Shown here: positions 1 to 12,628 of the stretch, one piece after another
Numbering within the stretch: position 1 is the first letter of the stretch
Layout of the letters: each line of letters starts with the position of its first letter
Program-made: the position numbers and the translations under genes
The notes under the pieces: model-generated
Told to the model about the DNA's origin: nothing
The model's database searches: none
What the model saw: only the letters and a program-made list of their open reading frames with translations
Assembly (NCBI GenBank): GCA_963804165.1
Contig: CAWDPO010000015.1
Span: 1 to 64,000, forward strand
Origin: an uncultured delta proteobacterium
GTDB lineage: Bacteria; Desulfobacterota; Binatia; UBA9968
DNA: 64,000 nt
Direction of reading: 5' to 3'

Positions 1-15
1 ACCGTCTGGGAAAGC

Positions 16-35
16 TATTGGACTAAGGGGCAATA
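16..35. promoter_or_regulatory. Palindromic operator copy 1 (TATTGGACTAAGGGGCAATA)
   Basis: Reverse complement of the motif at 9297 and 24277, with 2 core mismatches; intergenic. Confidence 0.55.
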
Positions 36-136
36 CGGGAATCATAGGGTCATGACACTTTGATGGACCCGGAGCGTACCAACTTGCAACGCTAGCGCTC
101 CACGTCTGAGCTCAATGCGGGTCTTTGCCCGAGTGG

Positions 137-574
137 CTATTCTGGCCCCGCTTCAAATTGCACCTTGATCAACTGCTGCAGGATCGCCATCAGCGCCGCG
201 CTCGTCATGCCGAACATCAGTACCCCATTCGCAGCCTCGAGGGGACCCATCAGCTTCCATCGCGCGCTCATCACCACGTCACCGTAACCCAACGAGGTGA
301 AGTTCACCGCTGAATGGTAGACCGCCTCATACAACTCGCTGAACTCCCCCAGGAAGATGAACAAAGCTCCCCAGATCATGATCTGGATAAAGTTGCCCAG
401 CATCATGACGATCATCACGATCAGGAGCGGGCGGACTTGCGCGAACAGTCCGCTACCGGGTGGCATCCGGCCTGATTCCCGCATGTAGAACCGGACGCTC
501 CAGAAAGTGAAGGCTGCCTGCAACGCCAGACATACCAGCATGGTCGGCAGCCCAATCATCAGGTTCATCAGCAT
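137..574 (-). CDS. Small potassium-channel-domain (Ion_trans_2) membrane protein
   Basis: AVYHSAVNFTSLGYGDVV pore/filter motif between TM helices. Confidence 0.85.
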   Translation of the reverse strand: MLMNLMIGLPTMLVCLALQAAFTFWSVRFYMRESGRMPPGSGLFAQVRPLLIVMIVMMLGNFIQIMIWGALFIFLGEFSELYEAVYHSAVNFTSLGYGDVVMSARWKLMGPLEAANGVLMFGMTSAALMAILQQLIKVQFEAGPE

Positions 575-590
575 TGTGCTGCTCCCTTGT

Positions 591-1626
591 TCAGGTGCGC
601 TTGAAGACCAGCGCTCTGGATCTCGAGGCACGCCAGCGCTCAAGCGCCCACACCGTTGCCCATGCGTAGAGCGCCACCCCGACAAACAGAGTGACGCGAA
701 CGGCGGAAGCGGCGTAGACATCCTTGCCGATGGCAGTGTCCTCGATGGCGGGCCCCAGCAAGATCAGCATGGTGACCAGGGCATTGCCCAGAACGATGGT
801 GCAAAAGACGTGGCTTTGACTCCAAATAGCCTGGCGCCGGCCCATAGCGCTGCAGCCACCATCCATAACATCAGCATCCATAAGTTCGGCCGCAGCGTAA
901 GGCCGAACCAGACCAGTGCCGCCATCCATGCACCCATCAGGGTGGACCCCACCAACTCGCGTCCGGCCGACTGCGCGCTGGTGGAGCCGGCCTGCTGGCC
1001 CAGTGTCACCGTTTTGATGATGGCCGCCAGATAGAAGGCCGGGTTGGTCAGCGCCAGGACGAAGACGGGCATGACGACCAGCGTGGCCTGCATGGCCGCC
1101 CAGCTTGCCGTTTCCGGACTGACGGCGGCGGGCGCCGCTGCGACTTGGCTGGCGCGGAGCATCCGGAAAAAAAGCGTGTGAGACGCCACTGACCAGAACT
1201 CCGGTGCCGAGCCCCACACCAACGGCCACGGGCTGAGCCGGTGACCAAGGCCTGATCGGCGACACCGGCCACAGGAATAAACGTAATGGCAATCACCAGA
1301 AAGATCGTCAACGGATTTGCACTGCGCGCGCCAGCGAAGAACACTGCGTAGAGCAATGCGCCTGTCAGCAAGACGCCGGTGGCGGCGTAGTTTTCCAGGA
1401 TCGGGACCATCAGCACGCCCGCCACCAACAATGCAGCGATGACCATGGCCATCACCGCGCCCTTCAGGAACGGGATCGGCGGTCCTGGTTTGCAGAGCAA
1501 CAACACAGTCAACACGCAGACCACGAATGGCGCCGGCAGCGCCAGTCCGTAGGCGATCAGCGCGGACAGGCCCAGGCCTACGCCCAACCGCAGTACCGCT
1601 TTGTCGGCCCGGTCCATCTGCCGCAA
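591..1626 (-). CDS. DUF2955/FUSC-like inner-membrane protein (frameshifted)
   Basis: Multi-TM segments across ORFs 1048..1626, 764..2851 (3' part) and 591..1292; lies after the MFP gene. Confidence 0.65.
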
Positions 1627-2851
1627 TCAATAGAGATACGAAACGTAGCTCATCAAACTGATGAAGACCCCGGCAAGCCAGTTCATCACGGGGTGGTCTC
1701 CTGTGTAGATCAGCACGTCGGCCTGGCCCCCTATTCGCACCCCACGCAGTCGCTCGCGTTCGGACGGGTCGAACTCCACGGCCACCGGGAAGCGCTGTGC
1801 CTGCCGCAGCCAGTCGCGGCTGTTCTCGACCGCAGGCAGGGTGCCGGGTTGAGGTTGCTTTTCGGGACCGACGCCGGTACCTACGCTGCGTACGCGCCCC
1901 TTCAACACTTCGCCCGGCATCACGTCGAGCATGATCGCCACCTTGTCGCCGGGTTTGACGTTGCCGAGGTTGTTCTCGGTCATGTCCGCGCTGATCCAGA
2001 GATCGTGCATGGCGATCAGAGTCATCGCCGGCGCGCCGGCCTGCGCAAATTGCCCGACGTCGGTGCGCAGGTCGGTGACCGAACCGCGGGCGGGAGCGAC
2101 CACTTCGAGTACGTTTGAGATCCAGCTCGGCCTTCTCGATCGCCGCGCGTGCACTCAACAGTTGCGCGTTCTTTTCACCGCTTTCACCCGCTGTTTCCTG
2201 GGCCTTGCGCAGATCCGCCCCGGCTTTCTTCTCCTGACTGTGGGCCGTGATCCGGTTGGCCTGTGCACTCTGGACGCGGCGGACAGAGAGCGCGCCTGGA
2301 TCTTCGGCATGGATCTCTTCCAGTCGCGTCGCATCCTGCTGTGCGTAGACATGATTTGCCACAGCCGCCTGCAGTGACGCCTTGGCCGCTTCCACCGCCG
2401 CCGTCGAGGCATTCACCGAAAGACGCACCGACTCGTAGTCTGAACGGCTGCGTTCAAGCGCGATCCGGTACTGGGTCGGATCGATATCGAACAGGCGCTG
2501 CCCGGGCTGCACCTCATCGTTGTTCTTGACGTGCACCTTCAGCACGGTGCCCGATACCTCGGCCGCCACCGGCACGACGAAGGCCTGAATCCTGGCCTGC
2601 GAGGTATACGGGGTCAGGCGATCCGAAACGAAATACCAGGCCAGGCTCGCGACGATCAGTATCAGCACGATGATCGCGCCCAGCCGGCTTCCCTTGCCAG
2701 GCGCGGACGGCGGCGATTTCTCTCCTATCGGAGCCGGGGATTCGTCCGGCTTGGACGGCGGCGACGTTGTCTCATCGGGGCCGGGGTCTCGTCCGGCTTC
2801 GCGGATTCTTGACTCATGGTCTTGCCGTTCCGGGACGGCTTTGTGGAGCAT
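1627..2851 (-). CDS. HlyD family membrane fusion protein (frameshift near 2115)
   Basis: TM anchor, VVPVAAEVSGTV lipoyl half-motif, coiled coil, WLRQAQRFPVAVEFD. Confidence 0.9.
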
Positions 2852-4393
2852 CAGCGCCGGGCGCCGGTAGCGGGGTCGTCCAGTATGCCTTTCCAGTTAC
2901 TGCGTTGGCCCATGGTTTCCCGCGTCGCATCGTCCAGCACGGGCCGTGTTCGGCCCTGCTCCCAGCCGCCACCCATGGCCTTGTAAAGAGCAATCAGGTT
3001 CTGTGTCAGGTTGCCACGGTTGGTGACCAGAAGTTCCTGTTGGCTGAACAGCGTTCGCTGAGAGTCTAGCACGCGCTCGAAGTCGGTCAGCCCTTCACGG
3101 TACTGCAGGGCGGCAATGTCCAGCGAGCGCTGCGCGGCCTTCACGGCGTCTGCGAGCAGCGCGATCTGCTCTCCGGTTTTGACGAAGCCAACCGCCGCGT
3201 CGTCGACCTCGCGGGCCGCCCGCAACACCGCGTCCTGATACTGTTCATACAACTGCTGGAATCGGGCGTCCTGGACCAGTACGGAGTTGGTGAGTCGGCC
3301 ATAGTCGAACACGTTCCAGACCAGGCTCGGGCCGAAGCGCCCAGCTCAGCACCCGCGGCGCCCCACTCAAAGTCGTGGCGGACAGTCCAACAGATCCCAA
3401 CAGCGATATCGATGGATAGAGGTCCGCCACGCTCACGCCGATCAGGGCGGATTGAGCGGCCAACTGCATTTCTGTCGCCCTGATGTCCGGGCGGCGGCGC
3501 AGCAAATCGGCCGGCATGTCGACGATGACGTCCAGTTCAGCCTGCGGGATCACGTCTTTGCCTGCAGCCATTTCAGGTAATGGGCCCGGAGCTCTGGCGA
3601 GCAATGTGCTCAGTGCATTTTCTGTCTGGCGTTGTACGCCCTCCAGCTGAGGTATGGTGGACAGCGTGCCAAGATACAAGGCCTTCGCCTGTTGCACATC
3701 CAATTCGGACTCGGTGCCACCCTTGAATAGCCGCTCGGTAATCTCCAAGCTGCGCTTTTGTAAGGCTGCATTTTCGCGAGCGATCACCAGCCTCGCTTCC
3801 ACGGTACGGATCGAACAGTAGAAGCTGGCCACTTGGGCGGCCATCAGCACCTGCAGGTCATCGTACTGGGCGATGCTGGCAAAATAGCCGGCATCCGCGG
3901 CCTCGATGCTGCGCCTGAACTTGCCCCAAAAATCGATTTCCCAGCCGATACCCAGCCCGGCGCTGAAAGACAGCGCGCTGATGTCCTTTCCTTTCGACCT
4001 TTCCTCTCCCGCCCAGAGCGCATCGCCAGTGGCCTGCTGCACCTGCGGGTAGAGCAAGCTGCCGGCGACCCCGAGTTGAGCGCGCGCTTCCATGATCCGC
4101 ATGCCGGCGGTCCGCACATTGGGATTCACGCGCTGCGCCTCGGCGACGAGGTGGTCGAGCACGGGATCGTTGAAGCTGCGCCACCACTCCTGAACTAGCC
4201 CGCTGCGCAGACCTCGCGTCGCAGCGTCCAGCGACTCGAGTGAACCGCCGGTCCAATCGGCCAGCCAGGAGGGCACTTGGGGTCGCTTGAAGTCAGGTCC
4301 AACCATAGTGCAGCCGCTGAGAAATGCAGCCGCTGCCAGCCCCACCGCCCGCGTTCGCAATCTATTTGCAGACATGCCCCGCACGCCACTCAA
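2851..4393 (-). CDS. TolC/NodT outer-membrane efflux lipoprotein (frameshift near 3335)
   Basis: Lipobox LSGC-TMVGPDF, WEIDFWGKFRR, LLRRRPDIRA, LYKAMGGGW. Confidence 0.92.
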
Positions 4394-5513
4394 CTCGCAG
4401 CCTGCGATTTGCGCTCCGTCGGTACCTTGTCAGGATTGGTAGCGACCCACCGCATGAAGATCTGATAACCCAGGGCCAGCAACGTTGCGCCGACGAACAT
4501 CCCCAGGACGCCCTGGGTTGCCAAGCCGCCCAACGCGCCCAGCAGAATGACGACCATCGGCGCATCGACACCTCGACCCAGCAGCAGCGGTTTCAGCACG
4601 TTGTCGAGCATGCCGGCAACTACCAGCAGCACGGTGTAAATAACGGCCGCCGCGGTACCGTAGTCCCCACTCAGCCCAGATGTAGACGATGACCGGTACA
4701 GTGACCAGCAGGGCCGGCACCTGCGCGATTCCCAGTATCAGCACTATCAATGCGAGCACGCCTGCAAATGGAACGCCGGCGATCATCATACAAGCCCACG
4801 ACGATCGCCTGGATGAACGCCACGCCGAGGACACCTAACGCCACCGCGCGGATGGTCGCCGTGGACAGCTGTGCAAATTCTTCGCCCTGCCCTGTGCCGA
4901 CGATGCGATCGAAAATGGACACGGTGCTTCTGGCGCCCGACTGGCCGAAGGCCATAATGATTCCGGCAATGATGAAGGAGACCAGAAACAGCAACAGCGC
5001 GCCGCCGATGCTGGCAACAATCCCCAACACGTTTTTCGCTACGTCGCCGAGCTTCGGCTGCAGGCTCTGAACGACTGCCGGCAAATCCGAATGAGCCTGC
5101 GACCAAAGCCCATGGATCCTCTTGCCGACGATCGGCCACTCGGCAACCCCCGGCGAGGGTGCGGGAATCTGCAGGGTGTTGTCGCGCACACGGCCGATAA
5201 AGTCTTGAACTGAATCGCCTAGCTCGAACATCAGCACGGCAGTAGGAATTCCGATCAGCGCGATACCGCCGAGCACCAACGTTGTGGCCGCAAGCCCCTG
5301 TTTCTCTCCCATTCTGTGCGCCAGCTTTTGATGCGCCGGATAAAGCGTCACTGCCAGGATCAGCGCCCACACCATCAGAGCGAGAAACGGCGAAAAGATC
5401 TGGTAGCATAACACCGCCATAGCGAAGACCAACCCGGCCCGGATGAGGACATCTAGCAGTCTTCCGGCTAGACGCTTCTCGATATCCAGATCAGGCGTGG
5501 AGGGTGCATTCAT
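4390..5513 (-). CDS. AI-2E family transporter (frameshifted)
   Basis: DNVLKPLLLGRGVDAPM...GALGG motif; clear paralog of 28018..29166. Confidence 0.9.
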
Positions 5514-5901
5514 TGGATCGGCTCCTTCTTCTGCGTTAGTCATTACCCAACGAATGCCGGTGCAGGACCCTATTTCACCGCCTGCGCTTGGGACTTCCAC
5601 GTCCGTTCGAGCTTAGGTTGGGGCCGCTGACGTAGCGCGGACGATCGACCTTTGCGCGATGTTGAAACAATGCGCGCATCTTGTCCTAAGAGTCGCCGCG
5701 AGGACGAAGGTGCCGTCCAGCGTCGCGCGCTTACCGCGTTCTCGCGAAAGCTCAGTCAGCCAAACGCGGGTATTGATTTGGTAGAGCGAAAGGTAGGCTG
5801 ATGATCGCATGATTGGTAATCCTCGAAGCGTTGCTGCCTCGTCCAGACCCTATCGGCGAAGAACAAATAGATAACATCGTCGGACGCCTTCATTGCAATG
5901 G

Positions 5902-6259
5902 TTACAGCCTCGCTTTGCGGACAAAATACATATACGCGCCGACGTTCACGAAATTAATCACTATCCCGATCATGTTCCAGGCACCACCGGCCGCGAAACA
6001 ATCAACAAGCCGTAGTAGACCCAGGCGATTTGAAAGACGCCCCTGATGCCCGCCATCCTCGGGTTATCCCCCGCTTGACTGCCGCTTGAGCATTGCCAGT
6101 AAGTCGGGGACGCCGGCAAAGGTCGTTAGATCTTGCCACAAGGCCAAGAATTTCAGACCGGTGAAAGCTGGGAATGAGCAGACTCGACGTGTCGCGTATA
6201 ACCAGGTCCTCACAGCCATAAAGTGTAAGAACGCTCAGCACGAGAAGATTGAGCGTCAT
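5902..6259 (-). pseudogene. SemiSWEET/PQ-loop-like small membrane protein, frameshifted
   Basis: Reassembled across frames: SEILGLVA..TTFA.VPDLLAMLKRQSS..NPRMAGI.GVFQIAWVYYGLLIVSRPVV.WNMIGIVINFVNVGAYMYF. Confidence 0.55.
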
Positions 6260-6382
6260 TCTGTTGGAGCAATTCGATATCAGATCGGACTCTATAGCGG
6301 CTATTAATTACCTTGTGCTCCCAGGCCTTGTCTGGAGATGAGCTTGCAGATGGATTCGAACGATCTGGAATAGGGCAGGATT

Positions 6383-9214
6383 TCACGCAGAGCGCATTGC
6401 CCCTGCTTCCTTCTCGTCCGTCTTTTCTCCGGTCACCTGCTCCCGCACAAGCCGGGCGAACACGTGCCCGCGTTCGGTCTCAAGCACGGTCTTAGCATCG
6501 AGACGGCCAAATAAATCTAGCAGGGGCGCGACCAAACCGGTCCATCCCGTCTGGTGGCTCGCGCCCAGCCCGCGCCGTTGTCGCCGTGAAAGTACTCGTA
6601 AAACAGCAATAATCGCGCCAGTGCGGGTCGTCCTGGAACTTCGTTGATCCCGCCGTAACACCGGCCGTTGGCCGTTGTGTCGCGCAGGAAGATGCTGGTC
6701 AGGCGGTTGACGATCTCCTCAGCCACCTCGATACAGCGTCATCTGGTTACCGGATCCGGTCGGGCATTCGACCGTGAATTCGTCGCCGTAATAGGTGTAC
6801 AGTTCAGCAACGCCCGAACGATCAGGCTGTTGACCGGCATCCAGATCGGTCCTCGCCAGTTGGAGTTGCCGCCGAACATGCCCGGTGTTCGATTCGGCAG
6901 GCTGGTAATCGACTCTGTACTCCTGGCCGTCGACTTGAACAGAATGGATGGTCCAGGTGATAGCGCGAGAGCGAGCGAATGCCGTAGGGGCTAAGAAACT
7001 CGTTCTCGTCGAGCATCACGCCAGCACGCGCGCAGCTTCGTCTCGTCCAGGATAGCGAGGACGTCGACGGTCATTGACGCCAAGCTTCCTCGGGTCGGCG
7101 CATATTGCCGTCAGTTCGGGACGGCGCTTCATGAACCAGCGCAATCAGCTCGCTCAAGCCGGGATCGCTCGCAGCATCGTCGCCTCGAAGACGGTCGAGG
7201 CGCACAGCGGCAGCAGCCCCACCAGTCGAGCGCACCTTCAAGCGGATAGCCTGGCCGTCGGGCAGGCGCAGCACGTCGTAGAAAAAGCCGTCCTCCTCGT
7301 CCCACATCTCGTCGTCGCTCGCCAACGTGATCCATCGCATAGGCGATCCACAGGAAATGCTCGAAGAACTTGAACGCGATGTCTTCATACGACGGATCGT
7401 GTTCAGCGCCAGTTCGAGCGCGATCTGCAGCATGTTCTGGCAGTAAAACGCCATCCAGGCGGTGCCGTCAGCCTGCTCCAGATAGCCGCCGGTCGGCAGC
7501 GGCGCGCTGCGGTCGAAGACGCCGATATTGTCCAGTCCCAGGAAGCCACCTGCGAAGACGTTGCGCCCGTCAGGATCTTTGCGATTGACCCACCAGGTGA
7601 AGTTCAGCAGCAGCTTCTGAAACACCGTTCCAGAAACTGAGGTCGCGCGTCCCGAGTCGCTCGCTCTATCTTCAGTAGACGAAGAGCGTGGCCCAGGCGT
7701 GCACCGGCGGATTGACGTCGCCGAAATTCCATTCATAGGCGGGAATCTGGCCGTTGGGATGCATGTACCGCTCGCGCAGCATCAGCTAGAGTTGCTCCTT
7801 GGCAAAGTCGAGATCGACCAGCGCAAGCGCAATCGTGTGAAAAGCCAGATCCCACGCCGCATACCACGGATACTCCCACTTGTCGGGCATCGAGATCATG
7901 TCGGCGTTGAACATGTGGAGCCACTGGCCGTTGCGCGACCCTGCCTTGCGCGCTGACGTCGAGCGGATCGCGCCATGCTCCTTGCAGCCACGGTCGACAT
8001 CGTAGTAGTAGAACTGCTTGCGTCCACAGCATGCCCGCCAACGCCTGGCGCATGCACCAGCGCTGATCTTCGTTCAGCGAGGTCGGCGTGATGCGGTCGT
8101 AAAACTCGTCCGCTTCGGCGACGGCGTGCTTGAAATGTCGTCGTCGAAGTCCTTGCCGAACGCGCTAGCCTGTGCTGGGCTGGCTCGACAAGCCGAAGCC
8201 GGACAACTGTCTGACTCACCTGCCGGCACATCCAGGACGTAATGCGCCGCGGCTTTCGTCCCGTCTTGCGCCGGGTTCACCGCATCCTGCTGTCCAGAGA
8301 CGACGTAATTGTTGAAACGCGTCTTTGACGTACGGCGACACGTTCGGCATGCCCCAAAGCCGTGCGGCATTCGTCTCGTTCTCGGTGAACAGCAGCTCGG
8401 CGCACCTTCGCATGCCAACGAGTAGTCACCCAGCTCGGGATGCGACGCCTGGATCGTGCCCGTCGCGCCGTCCGCGCAACCGGCTTGCGGCTCGATCTTC
8501 GCTCCCACGACCAGGTATTGCGGAACCACAGCGTCGGCAAGCACGTGCAAGCGGCGCTGCTTCCGGCCCGCGATTGTGAACCGTGATCTGGATCAGGATG
8601 TCTTCGGGCGTCTGCCTTGGCGTACTCGACGAACACGTCGAAGTAGCGGTCGTCGTCGAACATGCCGGTGTCGATCAGCTCGTATTCCAGCTCGTTGCGG
8701 CCGCGCTGCGGTTCGTCTCGACGAGGTCGTCGTAGGGAAACTCCGCCTGCGGATACTTGTAGAGATACTTCATGTACGAATGGGTCGGCGTGCTGTCGAG
8801 GTAAAAGTAGTATTCCTTGACGTCCTCGCCGTGGTTGCCTTCGCTGTTGGTCAGCCCAAACAGCCGCTCCTTGAGGATCGGGTCCTGCCCGTTCCACAGC
8901 GCCAGCGCGAAGCACAGCCGCTGCTTGTCGTCGGAGATGCCGCCAGCCCGTCTTCGCCCCAGCGATACGCCGCGAGCGCGCCTGGTCATGGGTGAAGTAA
9001 TTCCAGGCATCGCCATCGTCGCTGTAATCCTCGCGCACCGTTCCCCACTGCCGCTCCTCAAGTACGGTCCCCACTTCTTCCACGGAACTTGCGCCTCGCG
9101 CGCCTCGTTCAAGCGCTTTTGCTCAGTGACATCGACGATGGGGTTTTTCACGGGTTGCCTCGATTCGGCCCGACGACATCCGTCCGGCAGTGTTTGCGCA
9201 TCGGTCGAGGGCAA
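6383..9214 (-). CDS. GH63/MGH1-like glycoside hydrolase (many frameshifts)
   Basis: Fragments [81 protein letters not shown]. Confidence 0.88.
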
Positions 9215-9293
9215 TGATTCAGACCAGCCCTCTCTTGGCGCTCGATAATCTTCCTAATCTAAACTATTTTTCTAGCGCACCGTCGAAACCAGG

Positions 9294-9317
9294 TATATTG
9301 GACCTTAGTCCAATGTA
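9294..9317. promoter_or_regulatory. Palindromic operator copy 2 (TATATTGGACCTTAGTCCAATGTA)
   Basis: Near-perfect palindrome upstream of the glycosidase; 19 nt identical to copy 3. Confidence 0.7.
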
Positions 9318-9451
9318 CGAACTGGCCGCATCCGCTGTAGTCGAACCGATTCCGACGAATCGTGATAACCTAAATTTGTCGGCGAGACACCGGTTGCGCC
9401 GAGAAATACCAGTGCGTCTGCTCGTTGGTTCATTGTGCTGCCTCCGTCCGG

Positions 9452-10132
9452 CTAATCGATATATGTGTGGCGCCCGTAGAGGCTTACCAAACGAGCCACC
9501 ATCACCGCTAGAAAAAGCTGTCCGCCAACGCCCTCGACGATCGCCAAGCCGCGTGCCAGTCTGCGCGCGGTACGATATCGCCATAGCCCACTGTCGCTAA
9601 TGTGACAAAACTGAAACAGAACGCGCTCATGCGCGAGAAACCACCCGTGAAAACGAAGGACCCAGGCCAGCTCTGTTCCAGGATCCAATATAACGGCCGA
9701 AGAAAATTCCCGCGAGAAAATAGGCGCTGAGCGCCGCATAGAGATGCTCGCCGTCGACCGATGCTGCGCGCAGGCGAAGCGCAGCGCGCCGGATGCCGCG
9801 AACAACCCAATCACCGTCCAGATTCCCAGAGTCATTGCCGAGAGCGCCGGATACTCGAGCCAGGCGATGGCTGACCTGGCCAGCCACACCAAAATCATCA
9901 GGCCGAGCAGCACGCCCCGACCTCTGCCGGCGCTGACCGGCAGCACCGCGGCGAGCAAGTTGGCGGCGAGTAACGACTCGATCAGAACTCCGGGAAGCTC
10001 CAGGGCGGCGAAAACGGGAGCGGCCACGATCGTCGACATCAGCGTGTAGAAAAGAATGGCGTAACGACGGCGCAAATAAGCGCGCCCCCGCTCGCCGAGG
10101 CCAATCGTTTCGACAACGGCGCTATCGCTCAT
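9452..10132 (-). CDS. Potassium channel family protein (frameshifted)
   Basis: FSFVTLATVGYGDIVP and EGVGGQLFLAVMVARLVSLY. Confidence 0.85.
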   Translation of the reverse strand: MSDSAVVETIGLGERGRAYLRRRYAILFYTLMSTIVAAPVFAALELPGVLIESLLAANLLAAVLPVSAGRGRGVLLGLMILVWLARSAIAWLEYPALSAMTLGIWTVIGLFAASGALRFACAQHRSTASISMRRSAPIFSREFSSAVILDPGTELAWVLRFHGWFLAHERVLFQFCHISDSGLWRYRTARRLARGLAIVEGVGGQLFLAVMVARLVSLYGRHTYID

Positions 10133-11205
10133 CGCGGCGCCGCCTCCGGCATGAAGTAAAATAAGAATGCCATAATGAGGTACACCGTGATGAGTTGCAC
10201 GCCCTTATACCAGTTCGATCGCCCGTCCCCCGAAACCATCGCGCCGATCAAAACAGCGAATAACAGCGAGCCAAGCTCGGCCCTGCCGAAGGCAAGCTCA
10301 AGCGGCTGGGGGGCCAGCGCATAACTCATCAACACCAGTGCAGGGGCGACAAACAACGCGATTTGGATACAACTGCCGAGGGCGATGCCCACGGTTAGAT
10401 CCAGCTTATTTTTTCGCGCCATGGCGATCGCCGATCCACTCTCAGCGGCGCCACCGACGATGGCCAGAAAGACGATGCCAATGAAGGTCTGCGACATGCC
10501 CAACGCTTTGCCAGTCCCTTCAGCCGCCCCAACCAGGATCTCACTCATCCATGCCGCCAACACCGAGGCGACGAGCAGGCTGCCGACCGCTCTGGGCATT
10601 CCCCAATGCTCGCCCTCGCTATGATGTTCTTCTTGACCGCCTGCAGCCGCGAAAAATTCCGGGTGAGTCTTGAGCATGAACAGGAGGTACAACCCATAGG
10701 TGATCAAGAGGACGAACGCCATGCCCAAATTTAGAAGTTGCTCTTGGCGCATCGTCGCCACCGACGAAAAGAAGCGGCTGAATGAGCTCGGCACTACCAG
10801 GCTGATGACTGCGATGAGCATCATAGAGCTGTAGACCCGCGTTGCAGCGGAGTTGTATTCCTGATTACGGTAGCGTAGTCCGCCGAGAAGGAAGGCGACT
10901 CCCTGAGCCAGCAGGAGATTCGCCAGTATCGCGCCGATGAGCGAAGCCCGCACCATGTCGAACAGTCCGGCTTTTAGGGCAACCGTCGCGATAATCAACT
11001 CGGGGGCGTTGCCGAAGGTCGCGTTAAGCAGTCCGCCGACGGCATCGCCCGTCCGTGACGCGATATGCTCGGTAGCCTTAACGATGAGCGAAGCAATTGG
11101 AATAATGGCCACACACGCGGCAAAAAAAATCCAAGTGTGGGCCTGCGGCGCCACGTGCTCAAGAATGATGACGACCGGGACGAAGATGAGAAGCCAGTTG
11201 ATCAT
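10129..11205 (-). CDS. cax: Ca2+/H+ antiporter (CaCA/Cax family)
   Basis: GGLLNATFGNAPELII alpha-1 repeat and GSCIQIALFVAP. Confidence 0.93.
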   Translation of the reverse strand: MINWLLIFVPVVIILEHVAPQAHTWIFFAACVAIIPIASLIVKATEHIASRTGDAVGGLLNATFGNAPELIIATVALKAGLFDMVRASLIGAILANLLLAQGVAFLLGGLRYRNQEYNSAATRVYSSMMLIAVISLVVPSSFSRFFSSVATMRQEQLLNLGMAFVLLITYGLYLLFMLKTHPEFFAAAGGQEEHHSEGEHWGMPRAVGSLLVASVLAAWMSEILVGAAEGTGKALGMSQTFIGIVFLAIVGGAAESGSAIAMARKNKLDLTVGIALGSCIQIALFVAPALVLMSYALAPQPLELAFGRAELGSLLFAVLIGAMVSGDGRSNWYKGVQLITVYLIMAFLFYFMPEAAPR

Positions 11206-11337
11206 TGCAAGTTTCCTTGAATTGCGTCGACCAACTTAGATCGACGGCCGCTTTACTCTCAATTAACATAGCGATCTTTAGCGGACCCGGCCTGCACGCG
11301 GAATGCTGCCGCCAATTGCGGATCCTCGCGAACAGAC

Positions 11338-12542
11338 TCATCGACCGCCGAGCTCCTGCCATCCATGGAGGAGATCATCGACCAGTTTCGAGGCTTCCCT
11401 GCGATACCGTTTCTCGAGTCTGGCCGTCGCCCCGAGTAGTCGCTTCCGGTCGTAGTCGCTCAGCTGCACCGTCCGGTCCTGAAGCCGGCCCGCGCCAGCT
11501 GCACGCCGGAATCGTACGCGATGGCAAAGAGATCTCGGACGGATTGGAGCTCCGTCAAACTAACTTGACGGTAGGAAGGATCCAGGCTGCGCATCCACCA
11601 GTCCTCTAACCGCTGCCCCCGGACCGCGACGTCAGGGACGACTATTTCGGGTCCAGCCGCCAGTATATTGTACTTGAGCCGACCGAGCCGTTTGCTTCCA
11701 TCTATGATGCGGAGCGTGGGTTGAACCGCCGGTATCTTGAGGCATCGCAGGCCACTGAGATCCTCGATCTTTTTTAACTCGAGGATCTCATCGTCGGCTG
11801 GCTGCTCGGACGGGCCCTGCACGCGCACCATAATTTTCGGGCTGGCGCCGCTACCGATGCCGCTTTGCACCGAGCCAGCTCGAACGACGCGAAAGTAGTC
11901 CGGCGCAAGATCTGACCGCTCGCGCAGCACGACCCGCGCGAAGGCGTCGATTGCCGCGACCACAGCTTTCATTGCAGGATCGGGCAAGGGTTGCATCTTG
12001 CTCTCAGCCCACACAAGAAGCTTCGAGCGTGTAGCTGGCGTCTGACTGCGTAACCGATGCACGATATCAGGCGGCGCAGGCAGATAATCGGGCTCAGTAA
12101 GACCGCGCTTATAGCCATCGACAAAGCGATCGAACAGTTTTTCCCGATCGTTTTTCCAGGAACGTTGACGAGCGACAAGATCGATGGAGCCCAGGAACCG
12201 CACGATATCGATGACCGCTGGACCTCGAGAGGAGTCGTCGAAGTCGTCGAGTCCCCATGCATCGCGGGTCATTGCGAACTGTTCGACATGCGCGTCGCCG
12301 TGCAACCGAACAATTGGCAGCTCTTCAAGATCCCTGCCGAACACCTCGCAGACCCGCGCGATCCAAGGGCGGTTAACGAAGCGAAAATAATTGTAAGGGT
12401 CAGCTTTGAGTCGCGCGATCAACTCGGGCGCCGCGCGTTGGAGAGATTCCGGCTCTGCTCGGAGCGGTTCCGAGCCGTGTGCTGCTCCCATATGACGACA
12501 CGACGATCAGCAAACACACAGGTGAAGTGGCGGAGTATGCAT
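11338..12542 (-). CDS. DUF2252-like (kinase-fold) protein, frameshifted at both ends
   Basis: LHGDAHVEQF, GLDDFDDS, SGIGS..KIMV, ILELK motifs. Confidence 0.65.
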
Positions 12543-12628
12543 GCCTTGGTTTCCCTTTTTGTCTGCCGGTGCGCGGCTTTCGTTCATTGGCGGGACGCTC
12601 GCTGACCGCCCGGGCTTCGATCGTGACT

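Noticed and set aside
764-2851. 695-aa HlyD-DUF2955 fusion
   Set aside because: Artefact of frameshifts; the middle segment is out of frame and separate stop/start codons exist at 1626-1629.
6124-6130. GTTAGAT as an attC core
   Set aside because: It lies inside the SemiSWEET-like coding remnant and has no partner arm.
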